A DNA stretch of 64,000 nucleotides, from the NCBI GenBank assembly GCA_008632985.1, contig QPGO01000029.1, positions 384,874 to 448,873 on the forward strand, given 5' to 3'. Below, in pieces: positions 49,701-63,376 of the stretch (the stretch's first letter is position 1; every line of letters starts with the position of its first letter). Source of the stretch: Psammoneis japonica. Taxonomy: Eukaryota. The position numbers and the translations under genes are program-made. The notes beneath the pieces are model-generated. The model was not told where the DNA came from and did not search any database. It saw only the letters and a program-made list of their open reading frames with translations.

Positions 49701-52700
49701 CACTCATTGTCAGCAAGGACAAAAAGCATCTCTCTCAATTTCTTGCTGCTGCAGTTCACTCAAGTGTTGAGTGAAGAAATGGAGTCATGACTGCAACCAC
49801 AATGAGCAGAAAAAGAAATGAAGCATGTTGTTGTCATGCTCTCTTGAGAACCACTCCATTGCTCTTCACTCTTTCCATGTTTTCTCATGCCAGTGAGATG
49901 CTTTTTTGAGTCTTTCCAAGCAACTTGTTTGGTGCTGCCTGTTCAAAACCCGGCATTGTGGGTTGGAATTCTAAAAATTGGGCTCCGTGCACCATGGTGC
50001 CAGGAGCCATGAGTGTCACAGATGGAGCACTCATTTCTGATTTACCTGCAAACTTGACTGGGTGCTTCATGATGGGATTGGCACCGGGTGGCTGAAGCAA
50101 CAATGTCCAACATTTGGCTGTGGTGTCCATTGTGTTTTTGCCATGAAACTGTTGGTTCCAAAAGTGGCTGTTGATTCGTTCTTGCACACAAGCAGTTTTT
50201 TACAGTGTGCTCACAATGTTTGCATCATGGAGTGCACAAATGGTTGCCATCATTTTTGCCAGGGATGGGACAAAGTTTGAATGATCAACGGGTGTCGGCA
50301 ATGTTTGGACACATTGTTGGTTGGATGGCTTCCATCATGGGACTTTGTCATGGGATGGGATCTGCCATGGGGTTGCATTGGCTGACCACCAATCCACAAT
50401 TGAAATGAGAATGAGCAGGCATGGTGGAGGGAATTGTGGTGAGTCATGCCTTGCCAGATTTTGAATGACACTTTTTGCACAATTTGCACAAAAGCAAGGA
50501 AGTCAAGGATGAAAAGAGCCTTGTGCATCAGGCAACTCTTGCCAAATTGCTGTTGTGCCAATGGCTGTCAGCACATTGGACAACCCAGAAAACAGAAACA
50601 AGAAGAGAATGATCAACAGCAACAAAGACAACAGCTGCCCTGAAGCAACCACCCAAAATGATGGACAAAGCAACCATTTCCTTGTTTTACAAAGTGCCAT
50701 TTTGAGCATGAACCCAAGTCATTTGAGTGCATCTCCAAGAATGGAAAGAATCCACAAAGGAGTTCTGACAGACACACACCAATGCAGAGAGGACTTGCAC
50801 CTCATCAAACAGCACATTTTGGTGGACAGCACCAAAATGCCACAAAACTTCATGGACCTGCACAGCACCATCTTGAATGGGATGTGGAGGCTCTCAAGAA
50901 TTTGAAAAACTCTGCAGTGCAAGAAACAAGTGAGCCACAAGAAGGGTTCAAAATTTGAGCTTGCCCCTCTTTGCCACAGCTGTTTTGCTTTTGGGAATGA
51001 CAGCCATGGTTGTTTGGGTTGTGTTCAACCAATTCTGATCAGACCCCACATCCATCAACAATTGAAACATGGCTGTGTCCACCTTGTTTTCTCCACTGGG
51101 AGTTGTTGTTTGATGGCAACTCTCAAAATTGAAGTCCATCAAGAAGAGATGGAGGTGGTTTCCACTGGGGACCTTTCTTGCCATCATGTTTGCATGTGCC
51201 ATTGCACCCCTCTTGTTCTTGGGCACTTTGCTCCATGTCAATTGCAAGTGATGCACTTGTTTTCAATGGCCATCACCAAGACAGGGTTTGTGGGAAGCCT
51301 CAGAGCATGCTGTCCTTTTGGGCTGCTTGTTGGGTGTCATGTTGCATGTTTGGGCAGCATGAATGCTGTGACTTGCACTGTGCAGGGATCATTGCTCAAG
51401 TTTGATGGCAGTGGAAGCTTTGCCACATGTGTGTGGGACTCCTCATGTTGCAGGAAGATGTTTGGTTGACATGGCTGCCATTTGCTGGCCAGCCAACAAA
51501 CACATTGCTGTGCAAACATGCTGCCTCAGTGGCACAAGACCCCCCCAAGAATGCATGGATGCTGTGAACATGACAGATTGTGCATCAACCAGCACTGTTG
51601 GTGCACGTTGCAATGTTTTGCAGATGTGACATCTCACTTGCTGCAGAGCTGTTGCTTGTGCAGTCCAACAGACATGCATGACTGACAACCAGTGGTGAGT
51701 TCTTTGTTGTTGCAGCATCTCAAAATGTGCTGCAAAGACAAACAACTGTGGGTTTCAAGCTTGGTCACCAATCAAATGCTCAAGCATCGCACTGGGTGCC
51801 AAAGCCACCTCTGCAAGTTTCTTCCAGATTTTGCTGCAAGTGGCAGGCATTTTGCTCTCAACTGTGATCAATGCCCCTCTTGTGTTCAATTTTGTTGGCC
51901 AATTCAGGACTCATGCAGTGCACACTTTTAAAAAAGATGGTTTCATTCAAATGGGGCATTCATCCATTGCTTGCAAAGTTTTTTGAGGCATGACCCCATC
52001 CACAGAAGGAGGACCAAAATCAGTTGCCGCAAAATTGAAACAGATCAACAGAGGCAGCCTCTGAGGCAGCTCCAGATGACAAATGTCAAAATGGCAGCCA
52101 TCACTGCAATCAAAAGAATTGTTGTTCAAGGTGGTGGCAACTCTTGTTTGGAGACCCTTGGGGTGAACAAGAGCTTGGCAGAAATTCAGAAAGAACATGG
52201 AAGCAACCAAAAAACAAGGCACATGAAGTGACTGAAAAAAACACACACGGTGTCTCTCCCATGAATGACAGCACACAAAATTGACAGCACCAAAGCACAA
52301 ACAAGAAAACACACAAAGAGATGGGGTTGTCCACAATGAAAGTGACTGTGCGAAGCCACAATCATCTTGTGATGAAACCAAACAACTTTCAAATGAAAAA
52401 AGAAAAACAGATGGTTCCATGCAACTGCAAAGTCAAAGAGGGCGTTGCGGAGCGGCAACAGTGGTGTGCTGCACTGTGGTGCTGATGTTGTGCATGGGCT
52501 GCACATGCATGCTTGAGTCAGCATTGATCGACGCATTGCCAGAACAACATCAAATGCCAGCTGATGTTGTTCCTCTTGTGACAAAATGCACCCCTTTGTG
52601 ATTGGAGACATGTGCTCTTGTCACAATTCTGTGTCATCATTGAAACATTTAACATTCACTGAAAGCCCAAAAATTTGAGCTCTGCCGGGTGGAGACAGAA

Positions 52701-54040
52701 TTGCCTGGTGCAAAAAACTGCACAGAAAATCTTGCTGGATGGATTGCAAATCACCCTTGGCTGGAACAGGCCTGAAGTTGGTCTTGCAGGCCACATCACA
52801 TGCACTGTGGTGATCGCACAGAAAGCACACAAATTGTCATTTTCTTGCATTTTGCCAAAAAATCATCTTTTCTTCACTGCTGGGGTTGCTGTGGGGGTCA
52901 CACAGGTGTGTGGGGTGCACAGCATTGGTGCATGGGCAGGCCACATTGACCAGGGGCACAGAGCACAGGACAGATGGAATGACTCAAACAAGTGCAAGCA
53001 CAGGGCACATGCAAGGTGGAAAGGGGGTGGTGGTTTGCAGCAAATTTTCAGGGCATGTCAGCAAAGCTGGTCTGCTTGAGATGTTCTGCTGGTGACAGCA
53101 CAGCTGATGCTGTGGAGACCTTCCAGCCACACTGCTGGGAGGAGATTCCCCAAAACCAAACACTTGCCTTTGACCAGCCCCCAAAACAAGCTCCTCTTCT
53201 GTTTGCACACCAACAGCACAGTCCATTTGGCAATTTGGTGGTGTGATGGACAGAGGTGCTCAGATGAGGTGGATTGGCTGGGTCAAGGATGGGCTCACAA
53301 GTGGTTGTCCACTTCCTGCTCTTTTCTTGCTTCCTTTTTGTCTGACGTGGTGAGCTGTGTGGCACTGCCTTGGCCCCGAATGGCATGTGTGGTCATCTCA
53401 GCATCTCATGATGCTGCAATCATGTGGCACTGCATTGCTCTTTGTTTTCTCCTCCTCTTTCCATTGGCACACAAAGCCAGAACAGGAACTTCTTCTTGTT
53501 TCCACTTTGTTTCTGTGCACTCTTGCCACATGTGTTTTTGCTGCTCTTTCTCAGGTTTCTCTGCTCTTTTGTTGAGAAGTTTGTGGGAGGTCTGCACTGA
53601 CTAAAAAAAAAACACAGAGTGCTGCTGGCACATGTCAAAGAAGGGTGTGTCCCTTGGGGTGTCCCTTGGCTCTGGGAGAGAGCTCCAAAAGGGGGACAGA
53701 AATTGTGGCAGAGCCATCTTCAGTCTGCTGCAAGCAGCTGCCTCCTCGAGAGCCAACATCTCTGCTCTGGGCCTCAAATCAGGTGGCTTGAAAAGAGAAA
53801 CCTGAGATTTTGATCCAAAGAGAGCACAAGCACCATTTCAACTGTTGCATGATGACACCACCAGAGAAAATGGGTGGAAAGGGCAGAAGCAACAAAGCTG
53901 GAGGTGGCACGCTCGTCTTTGCCAAAAAATTCTTTTCCCACAAGAACAAAAGAGCTCCATGTTCCCCTTGCCTCATTGCCATTGCAGCACTTGACTGCTG
54001 CATTGAGCTTGTGAGTGGCAAGCCCATCAGGGAGACACAT
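46740..54040. mobile_element. Degenerate unclassified repeat-derived block (family A copy at 46900-48330 and others)
   Basis: TA/CG-depleted, with homology to 5000-6650 and to ~33200; no intact ORF. Confidence 0.5.
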
Positions 54041-54440
54041 TTAGGTGTAAGTCCTAATCAAGACCGACCGGGCGCACAATGTGTGTGTGGCGCAAGTCTG
54101 AAAAATGCTGAGAAAAATGGCGCGCATTTCGCAGGACAGCATCATAAATATATTCGTGTTTTTATGTTATTTCAATTTCAATGATATAAACAAATCTGTT
54201 GAAACGAAATGATCACCAAAGACACTTGGGTTGAAAGACAGACACAACGTCGTTGACGCCAGCCAGTGGCCCACTTTTGCATCCGACACGGCATCAATTT
54301 TTTGTTCTGGCGCACGTCCTACATCATTGTGCTTGTTCTTAGGACATTGCAACAGAGTGTGCAGAGAACAAAAAGACGTGTGTGTCATATGAAAACAACA
54401 ACTGCAACAACAACAACAAGACTGAATCAATAGAGTAACA

Positions 54441-57302
54441 ATGGCGAGAAATCGAAAAGCGTCCTTTGACTCTGCCGCCATGGCGAATTCACTCCTGGAT
54501 GCGTCCTCCGAAAACAGCGCACAACAACATGACCCCGGCACTCTGGGAATTGGCAGTAGTAGTAAATCCGTTGATAGCAGAATATCGGGTTCCAGCGTGC
54601 AGCAGTTGGGAGGAACGTCTGCGTTGGATCACTTGGATGCACTCGGACGAGAAGATGATGCCATCAAGAGTACAGCAGGAACATCAACGACAATACCAAA
54701 ACAAAATGACGATGTTGATTTGTCTTTCAAAACAGACGATCACAGCGAGAGCGGCGGAACATTGGCGTCAAGCAATCAAAGACTCTTACTAGAAGCCTTG
54801 ATGGGTGTCACACACAGCAGTGGAAGTGCCGGAGGCAGTCTGAATAAACGAGATCGATTTGAATCCTGGGGCGGCATGTCCGACTTGAGTGCAGCAGGCA
54901 TTGGTGATGCGGCTGGATCGACGGGTCATGCCGCAGCGGCACTGGCAGCTTCAGCCTTGCATCACACGGGTCTGATTGACGATGTGACAAATGCTGCAGC
55001 CGCCATTGACTTGCCGATTGTCAATCTGGGTCGCCCGTGTCGCATTCTTGCAATGCATCCGCTGCCGGTTCGTCCGTGTCGGATCATAAGGTGCCTACCA
55101 AAATATCGCTCACGTCGGAACGAAAGTACTCGGTGGCGTCCTTGTCGGATGCGTCGGCTCCGTCGAATGCAACTGAAAACACAAAAGAAGTTGCACCAGA
55201 TATTCATGCATTTGTAGCTGCAGCCATGGCTACAGTGGGAGAACAATTGAAGGAACTCAATGAAGCTTCTTGTGCCGAGGAGTCTGTCGCGTCGGAAAAG
55301 TCAGAAGCATCGCAAAAATTGGGTTCTGCTACCGCATCCATTGACACTGGTACCAGACCGCGCTCATTGTCTACATGTCTATCCATAGGGTCGGCTTCGA
55401 AACCTATTGCGGTGGACTTTGATGCCGTTGAGGCAGCCGTCAATGCGGCACAGGCTGCTACCGGAGCTATAGATCTCGAAACCATTGCCAGCATGACGCC
55501 ACCACCACCAACAACACCCGCTTCAACTGCTGCTGTTGCTTCAACTGCACCATCAACTATTGTACCTGTGAAACGAAAAGCAAGAAAACCCAAACCACTC
55601 CCTCTAGCTGCAAAATCCTCGTCCACCACTTCTACAAAGTTTCCACCCATTCCAAAAAGTACGATGAGTCCTCGAGATATGGAAGAAATTCGAGCTCGTG
55701 CACGACAAGCCGCAGGTTATGTTCCACCGTCCGCCGATGGAACGATAAACAACAACAACAAGAGACCCCTGTCGTCGGCGCACAAGCCACTCAAGAAACG
55801 TGCCAAACGACTCTCTCCTCCACAACAACCCGACAAGAGCATAATGTCTATAAACGGAGGCGGCGGCGAAAACTTGTCCAAGACACGATTGGCGCCACCA
55901 CAAGAAACATCCGAACCCAAGGGACAATCCAATCAAAAATGGAATGACATGTATGACTGTTTATTGGAATTTGTCGAGCATCGTCGACAAGTAGAAAACA
56001 AGGGCAAGACGGAAGAGGAAAAGAAAGCGTGGGTGTGGGATGGCAATGTGCCAACCACGTACAAGGTGAGTATAATGGTATTCATGAAAAGTTTTGTTGC
56101 GCAGTGGCTCAAAACACACGCTCTGTACTATCCTTGTCACGACAGACCAAAGACGGAAAGAATTTAGGACGATGGATCAACAACCAACGCCACGCCAAGA
56201 GCAAGGACGCCTTGAAGGACGATCGGGAAGAACGACTTGTCGCGACGGGGTTGAAATGGAGTGTCTTGTCCGTCAATGCTTGGTCCGATATGTTGGGTGA
56301 ATTAAAGAAATATATTAAACAACAGGTAAGGATGATGATAATGTATCGTTGGAGAAACGAGAGAGAATTTGCATCCTTATGGTTGTTTATCTCTCTACAA
56401 AATCCAGACAAAGGCGGGAAGAAATGGGACGGCAACGTACCGACCAACTACAGAATAAAGCGCAACAACAACACTGCAGCAGCTGCAGCGAATGATGATG
56501 AAGACAAGAATCTGGGCCGATGGATCAATCGACAACGAAGTTTATTCCAGGCCGGCAAGCTCAAAAGGGAACGTCAATTGGTACGTGTGCTCGCAATGAT
56601 TTGTTCGTCTCGCTCTGCGTATGCGTGCGACACCATTTCAAACTCACGTGATTGATAATTTGTGCTCAGGAATTGGAAAAGGTTGGTTTGAAATGGTCGG
56701 TGCTTGCCACAACGTCGTGGCAAACCATGTTTGACTCGCTGGTACAATATGCCAATGAACGAAAGGAAGTTGATCCAAAAGGAAAGTGGGACGGCAATGT
56801 TCCTGCCAATTACAAGACGCAAGACGTCCCTCCCAAGAGTTTGGGTCGATGGGTCAATCGACAGCGATCTGCTTATGCAAAGCAAAAGCTGAAAAAGGAA
56901 TTTGTCGATAAACTTAATGAGATTGGACTTCGGTGGGCGGTTCATGAACGACGATCTTACGATACTTCGGCCGAAGGAGAGGGGAGTACTTCAAGCCAAG
57001 GTACTCCAGCTATGGTGTCTGAAGGCGATGCAAAGAAAGAGGCTCCAGCAAACTCGAATGGCGACAAGGAGAATGGAATACCCAAGGGCACGGGAGAGAC
57101 TGGGAAGGTCAATAGCAAAGAGGAGGAGCCCGCCTCAAAAGCAGAGAATGACAAGGCAAAGAGCGCGACAGATAAGCCCGATCGGGAAAGCGACCAAGGG
57201 ACTGTGCATGCAGAGGACTCAAAGGAGCAGAAGGACAGTGGAAATGTGAAAGGCGAGGAAGGTCAATCGGGCAACTTGGAACGCAAAATAGTAGCGGTTT
57301 GA
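54441..57302 (+). CDS. Helicase-associated (HA) domain repeat protein, probable DNA-binding regulator
   Basis: Three repeats of W..M...L.....WDGNVP.NY.....LGRW(I/V)N.QR. GT-AG introns at 56066-56145, 56326-56407 and 56581-56669; apparent 1-nt frameshifts near 55037 and 56416. Confidence 0.85.
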
Positions 57303-57589
57303 GGGCGTGGGTAGGAAGCTCTGGAACGGCGGGTTGCTTCTCTTGCCGTTTCCTCTTGGCGTGCCAACAGCTCGAAAGGCACCAAAAGTAACTGCTAGAC
57401 TATATAACAACGGAAGCTGATGTCAAGTTTCTCGAGGTGAATATTTATGCAGTTAGATAGTATTTTCTAGTTTCCGAACATCGTCGCACATTTGTTCATC
57501 TTCATGTAGCATGCGTCTTATTTGTATGTCACTTAGCTCACTTCCCCGCTTCTTCCACGCGCAACATCCCGGGATTACCATCAATATAT

Positions 57590-58129
57590 CTAAAGGTTGT
57601 TGACGGCCCAGATACCGAAAGCAATCGTAGCAAGAACTCCACCAAACGAAAAGATCAAGATTGGAGCATCGCCACCGTCAAGCGTTGTTCCTACGCGATC
57701 CCCGACCTTTTTCGCATAACGACGGCGAGGTCCGGAGCACTGAGGGCAACGGAAACCGGGTCCCTGCTCTTCAAAGTACAAACCAGCGCATTCAGCCTAC
57801 AGTTCAAAAAAAATTAGATGATAGAAGTTAGACACGACAAAAGGCGAATCCATTTCCAAATTCCAAAACACCCATTGTGCGCACGTACTCGGTTGTAAAT
57901 GTAGCCACAATCCTTGCAGACCCATTCACCCTGCCAGTACTTTTCCGGCAGCCTCCTTCTCAGCCGCCTTTTGGGCTGCCGACTTTTTGTTACCAAACAC
58001 CATGTTGAGGCTGGTGCTTGCGGTCCGGGTGGAGAGAGCTGCCCGGGGCACCATGGCTGGGCCAGTAAAGGCATTGGTCGCGCCAAGGAGCATCAAGGCA
58101 GAAAGGAGAAAGGCAATAACAGACTTCAT
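57590..58129 (-). CDS. Plastid-targeted rubredoxin-like protein with a C-terminal TM helix
   Basis: Signal peptide ending ATNA-F (ASAF-like), WVCKDCGYIY and FRCPQCS. Intron 57797-57888; one frameshift near 57945. Confidence 0.88.
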
Positions 58130-58424
58130 CTTGGCTGGAACGGTAAAATGAGAGGCTCACTGGTTAAGGATTGCAACAGAATGTGAGTCAACTTCGTTCA
58201 CAGTGTTGGCATGAGATGCAACAGAGGATGAATGACACGAAATACGACGAGATGGCCACGATTGTCCGCTGATGTCATTCGCTGATGAGAGTTTTTCGCG
58301 CCACATTTTTGGTTCGCGCGCGGGAAACTCGTCGTCCGATCACCGCGCGAGTATCGCGCGAACTTGCTGCGACCACACAAAAAATTGAAAATCCAAAAAA
58401 TCCGACGTTTCAACAGCATTGACA

Positions 58425-60745
58425 ATGAGAAAACTTCTTCTTGCTCGATCCCGTGTCGGATTGAACCGTCGCAGTCCATTATCCGCCTCTAATGGAAACA
58501 TATGGACCAATAGATGGAATATAACTGGAGTTTCGTGGAGAACGACAGCCCAAGTCGTTTCCCGACAGAAATCTTTTCCGCGCATCGTGTCTCGTTGTTT
58601 TCTTCCGACTCGTCTTCCGACGACAAAGTAGAGCGTTACGATGAACGATTTTCAGAAAATCTTGGAGGGAAGTCACTCGAGTCAAGCTTGTTCGTAGTGA
58701 TCCTCTTTTTGATAAAGTCAGTCGCATGTTGGACGTTCCCGTTGGCTCTCTGCACGAGTTGGATATTGTCTTTACATGTGTCGAACTCATGATCAACTGC
58801 TGCAAGTTGCAGACCCTAGAAGGGATGAAGTACGCAAGAGATTTGCTCGATCGTATGTTGACTGAAAAGAAGTTTGTCAACAAGGATCGATTGTTATCGG
58901 GGAACCACCCATTGTCATCCCGGCCAAGGTATTTGAGAAGTACTCTTTGGTTGGGCAAAACTCGCCAAACACCTGAAAGTAGCCGTACCACGAATGAAAG
59001 AAGTAATTGATCTCATGGATGCGGAAAACGAATACGACAAAAGTTTCGAGCTGAAAACGAGGATTTATTCTTACTGAAGTAGAGAAATCGTGTGAACCCA
59101 CTGTCTACACATACAATGTGATGCTGAGAGGTTTCGCCGAGGCTGCTCTTTTGGGCTCCAATGCTGCAATAGAGGCAGAATCAATGCTCGACACAATGAT
59201 GAAGCGACACAATGACAGAGGTTGGTATACCAAGCCAAACACGCGTAGCTACACTCATGTTTTATCGGCATTTGCCAACAGCTCCACTCCCCACGCCGCA
59301 GAGCAGGCTGAACAATTATTGGAACGTATGAAGGAGGTGCACCGTGTTGAAAAGGAAAAGTATCTAGACATGTTTGGATCTCCATACAACACCTGGATCC
59401 TAAAGCCAATATCATTCAAATTGTCACTCCGGATCACTATGTTTATTCTGCTGTTATCAGAGCCATCGCCAAGGGTGGTGGACGTGGGTCAGCCGAAAAA
59501 GCACACGCCCTATTGCTGGAACTTGTGGAAAGCAAAGAAACACAAATCAAGCCTGACGCTGTTCTCTTTACTAGTACCATCAGTGCATTGGCCAGTGCTT
59601 TGAGCAGATGGAAGAGTCCAAAACGTCGATTTGAAGAAGCGGAACGTGTCGAAGGAATCCTGTGGCTAATGCACGACCTTGCAAAAGAGGACACCGTCGA
59701 AACCGTCTCTTCCAGCAGTGACGACGAATTGGAGTTTGACGAAGATGAAGAAGAAGAACATGAGAATGGCGTCGGACCACCAAAAGGCACAACCACCATG
59801 CCACTGGCTCCTACTGTCATGACCTACAACACTGTCATTAAGGCTTGGGCGAACTCCGACACGAGAGAGGCAGCTCCTCGAGCCGAAGCCTTGTTGCAAC
59901 GAATGCTGCAAGACACGAAGTCTGTGTCACCCGATTGTGTAAGTTTCAATTCCGTGTTGAATGCTTGGGCACGGTATTTCAAGTACGATAACAAGGCTCA
60001 TGAAAAGGCTGAAGAGTTGTTGAATCTCCAGTACGACTTGTACCATTCTGGACGACTCGACGAGAGTGCCAAGCCCAATGCCACCACGTATTCGTCCGTG
60101 ATGAACGCGTGGGCAAGGAGCGATTCGAATGACAAGGTAGAAAACACGAGACGCTTGTTGGATGTCATGCTGGACAAGTACCAAGCCGGAGAACACGACA
60201 TGAAACCCACCGTTGTGGCCTTTACGACCGTCTTGAATGCCGCGGCACACTCCATACCGAAATCATCAGAAACCAAAACAGAACAAGAACTGGCCTTTTC
60301 CAGTGACACGTTGGAGCAATCAGATCCGTATTCCATTGCACTGCAAACTTATGAAGAAATGTGGCACGACGTGTTTGATCTGAGAATTGAACCGGACCAT
60401 TTAACATTTGCCACCATGCTAAACGTGGTGGGCGCACACACAAATGTCGTTTCAAACGAAAGACGACAAATGGTGGAACGTGTGTTTGATGAAGCTTGTT
60501 CTTGTGGACAGGCAAGCGCTCAGGTGGTCAAGGCGCTGCAAGCCGTGTGCCCAACAAATGACTTGTTGGAACGCGTGCTGGGTAGTCGTCAATTGGCAAA
60601 GAGTATTAGGAGCATTGACCAATTACCAAAAGATTGGACAAGACGCGTTGGTGGAGCGAGACGACTTCGAGTCATTCAAAGCAACGAATCAAAAGAAAAG
60701 AGATATCGAAAGAAACGCCAAGGCGCAAAAGGTAGGGTCGCCTGA
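58425..60745 (+). CDS. Pentatricopeptide repeat (PPR) protein, frameshifted in this assembly
   Basis: PPR motifs PTVMTYNTVIKAWA, PDCVSFNSVLNAWA, PNATTYSSVMNAWA and PNTRSYTHVLSAFA across ORF fragments. Confidence 0.88.
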
Positions 60746-60999
60746 GCAAAAACAGCAATGTTGAGGTTGCTATTTTGGATCCCACCAGCAAGAAGCAAAG
60801 TCGTACTTGTAATGCTAATGAAGAATGTGATAGGCGGCTACATTGCTGCAGGCTCTAGCACCACACGCGCGTTGCATTCGTAGCCCCTACTGTTCTCTCA
60901 CAGGAGTACTAGCGCCCCTTTGATTATTCGAGAGAGATTTGAGATTGGTAGCCCTACTAAAAAAATATTACTCCCAACTACTACAATGTACAATTCTCT

Positions 61000-62878
61000 C
61001 TATGCACACTGATACGACTCGGGCACAAAGGACTTGGTCATGTTGTTGGCAATGGCCGCTCCGGTTGCGGACGATGTGACACTCGTCACTTCAATGGGAC
61101 ACAACAAATTGTCGCTCGCAAACATGACTTGAACGGGAAAGAACGCGTCCGTGTTGTTTCCCGGAATGGAAAATTCCAAGGACCCCGAAGCATGACTGTC
61201 ATTGACGACATCAAAATGCCAACACAACATTCCCGCTGCAGGATCGTGCTTGTATTGTCCATCAATCGCTTCAATGACGGGCGGATCCGTCGTGCCCAAT
61301 GGCAAGAGGATGTTGACATCGCGCAACGAAACGCCCGGTTTGACCAATTCCATTTCGATATTGACATTGATGGAGCCGCTGCCCTCGTCTTCGGGCCAAC
61401 AATTAATGGTAATGGGAGCCATGTCTTCGCCACTGCAACTCCAACGCAAAATACCAACCGGACGGTTGACGGGAAAGCCGCCCTTTTTCAAAACCAACGT
61501 TCCTTGCTTTTCGTATTCTGCCTTGTTCACCTTGGGATGCGTCGCAAAGGTCCATCCTCCCGATAGAGATGCGAGTGCCGCCTTGTTGACGGCGCAAATG
61601 GCAGCCGAACCCGCTTCGGTATTGGCCGTGAGGGACAGGGTGCCCTTGACTTCGCATCCCTCAATGCCGCCTTCGCGGTTCATGCTGACGGAAATCTTTT
61701 CTTCGAGTGCCAGCGTCAAAGGCGTCGACGGTGCGGCCGCTTGCTTGGGAGCCGCCGCCGCGGCAAGACCAAAGGGATCGGCCGATTTGCCCGAGAGAGC
61801 CAAATTGTCCTCGGCGGCAAGTGCTTGCAAGAGCGAGTCTTTTTTGCCACTCTTGAGTCCGCCGGAACCACCGAGCTTCATGCCACTGGCAATCACCTTG
61901 GGTGGTTCCGGTTCCGGTTCGGGTTGTGGATCCCACGTATTCTGTCCTTGTTGATAGGCATTGTACGGATCGCCACCAGCACCACCACCGCCACCATACT
62001 GATCAAACATGCCACCCTGTTGTTGCGGTCCCCCTCCACCAAATCCAACCATCCCACTCGATGGTCCCGCCGTTCCGAGTGCTTGTCCGGAAACCAAATT
62101 CTGTCGCATTTGCGCAATCTTACCATCGGTAATTTTTTTGGCTTGAAGTTGCGCTTCCTTCTTGGCGGCATCCATCTTGCTCGCTTGCAAGGCGAGATGG
62201 ACCTTTTCTTCGTGCGATTCCGCTTGCAAATTGGTATGAATCAACGATAAAGACGCTTCCTCCTTGTACCCACCCGCCGTCAAGACTTCGTCCATGGCAA
62301 AAATCAAATCAAACGCCGCCTCGTGAATGGCGATTCGTGCAAATTGCCCGCCACGTCGGGAACGACTTTGCTAAAGTCGCAACGTGCCCAAATCTTGTAC
62401 GATATTGGAAGCCTTGGTAGTAATGAGCAACAAATACATTTGTCCCTCGAGGGGTTGATAGACATAACGAACGGAATCCGTCTCGACAAAGGTGTGTTGC
62501 TTGGCGTGTCCCACCAATTTGGGAAAGGCCGCGAGTAAACCCTCGACGCGAAGACGGTTCATTTCGACAAATTGACGAGACACCAACGGTTTGCCCGCGC
62601 GGGTGCAAATCGAAGCCGATAAGACAGCCTGAGGGGTGAGTGGGTGAATTTATATGAGTGATGTGATGTACCGTATTATAGCAACAACAACATCAATAAC
62701 AACAGTTTTCACAGCCACAGAGGCACACAAACAAGCCGTGTGTGACTGACGGCACAATGACGACGACCATCCCATCACTTGTATTTTCGTCTCGTTCGTT
62801 CTGACAACCATCTAAATGAACTTCTTTTCAAATCAACAACATCAATGACAATACAACGCAACGAAAAAGCCTCACCAT
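61000..62878 (-). CDS. ARCN1: Coatomer subunit delta (delta-COP)
   Basis: ATG-only first coding exon (62876-62878), intron 62629-62875, then [48 protein letters not shown] and a C-terminal mu-homology domain (ITINCWP). Frameshifts near 62310-62375. Confidence 0.95.
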
Positions 62879-63376
62879 GGTTGTTTACACACAGCGACAG
62901 CACCGACAGCAACAAGGATACTGTTTTTGCGGTGTGAATGTCCGCAATGTCCTTTTTTGTTTTTGGGCCGTGGTTTGTGGTTCTGTGCGTAGGATTTGTA
63001 TAGGATCGTACGCAACGGATGGTGAAGTACTGGGTAGATCGTAGAATCTTGTGCATGTAGAAAGGTACATAACTTTTGTACTGATTTTGCGTTATACGTT
63101 CAATGGACAGATTGAATTGATAAACCACGAAAATGGCCAGGAAAAATGGGTGAAAGTCACTCAGTTTTTTGTTTTCGGACTTTTCTATTATCGACTATAT
63201 TCAGATCTGTATGTATGTATAATACAAAATTTCAGAAATTACAAAAAATTCGAAAAAAGTGCTTCAAGATTTCCTGTAGATTCCTACAGAGATTTTGTAC
63301 CAAGCTCCTCTCCCCTTTTTATGGCGCGACCCAAGCAAAATCGTCTCACTTTTGTTGTCGCACAACAACAACAACC

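Noticed and set aside
4965..54040. Hundreds of overlapping Cys/His/Met/Gln-rich ORFs as novel metal-binding proteins
   Set aside because: By-product of TA loss (few TAA/TAG stops) and TG/CA excess. They occur in all six frames and overlie recognisable TE relics.
57590..62878. Pseudogene status for rubredoxin, PPR and delta-COP
   Set aside because: Protein motifs and splice sites are intact; isolated 1-nt indels across many unrelated conserved genes are better explained by assembly error.
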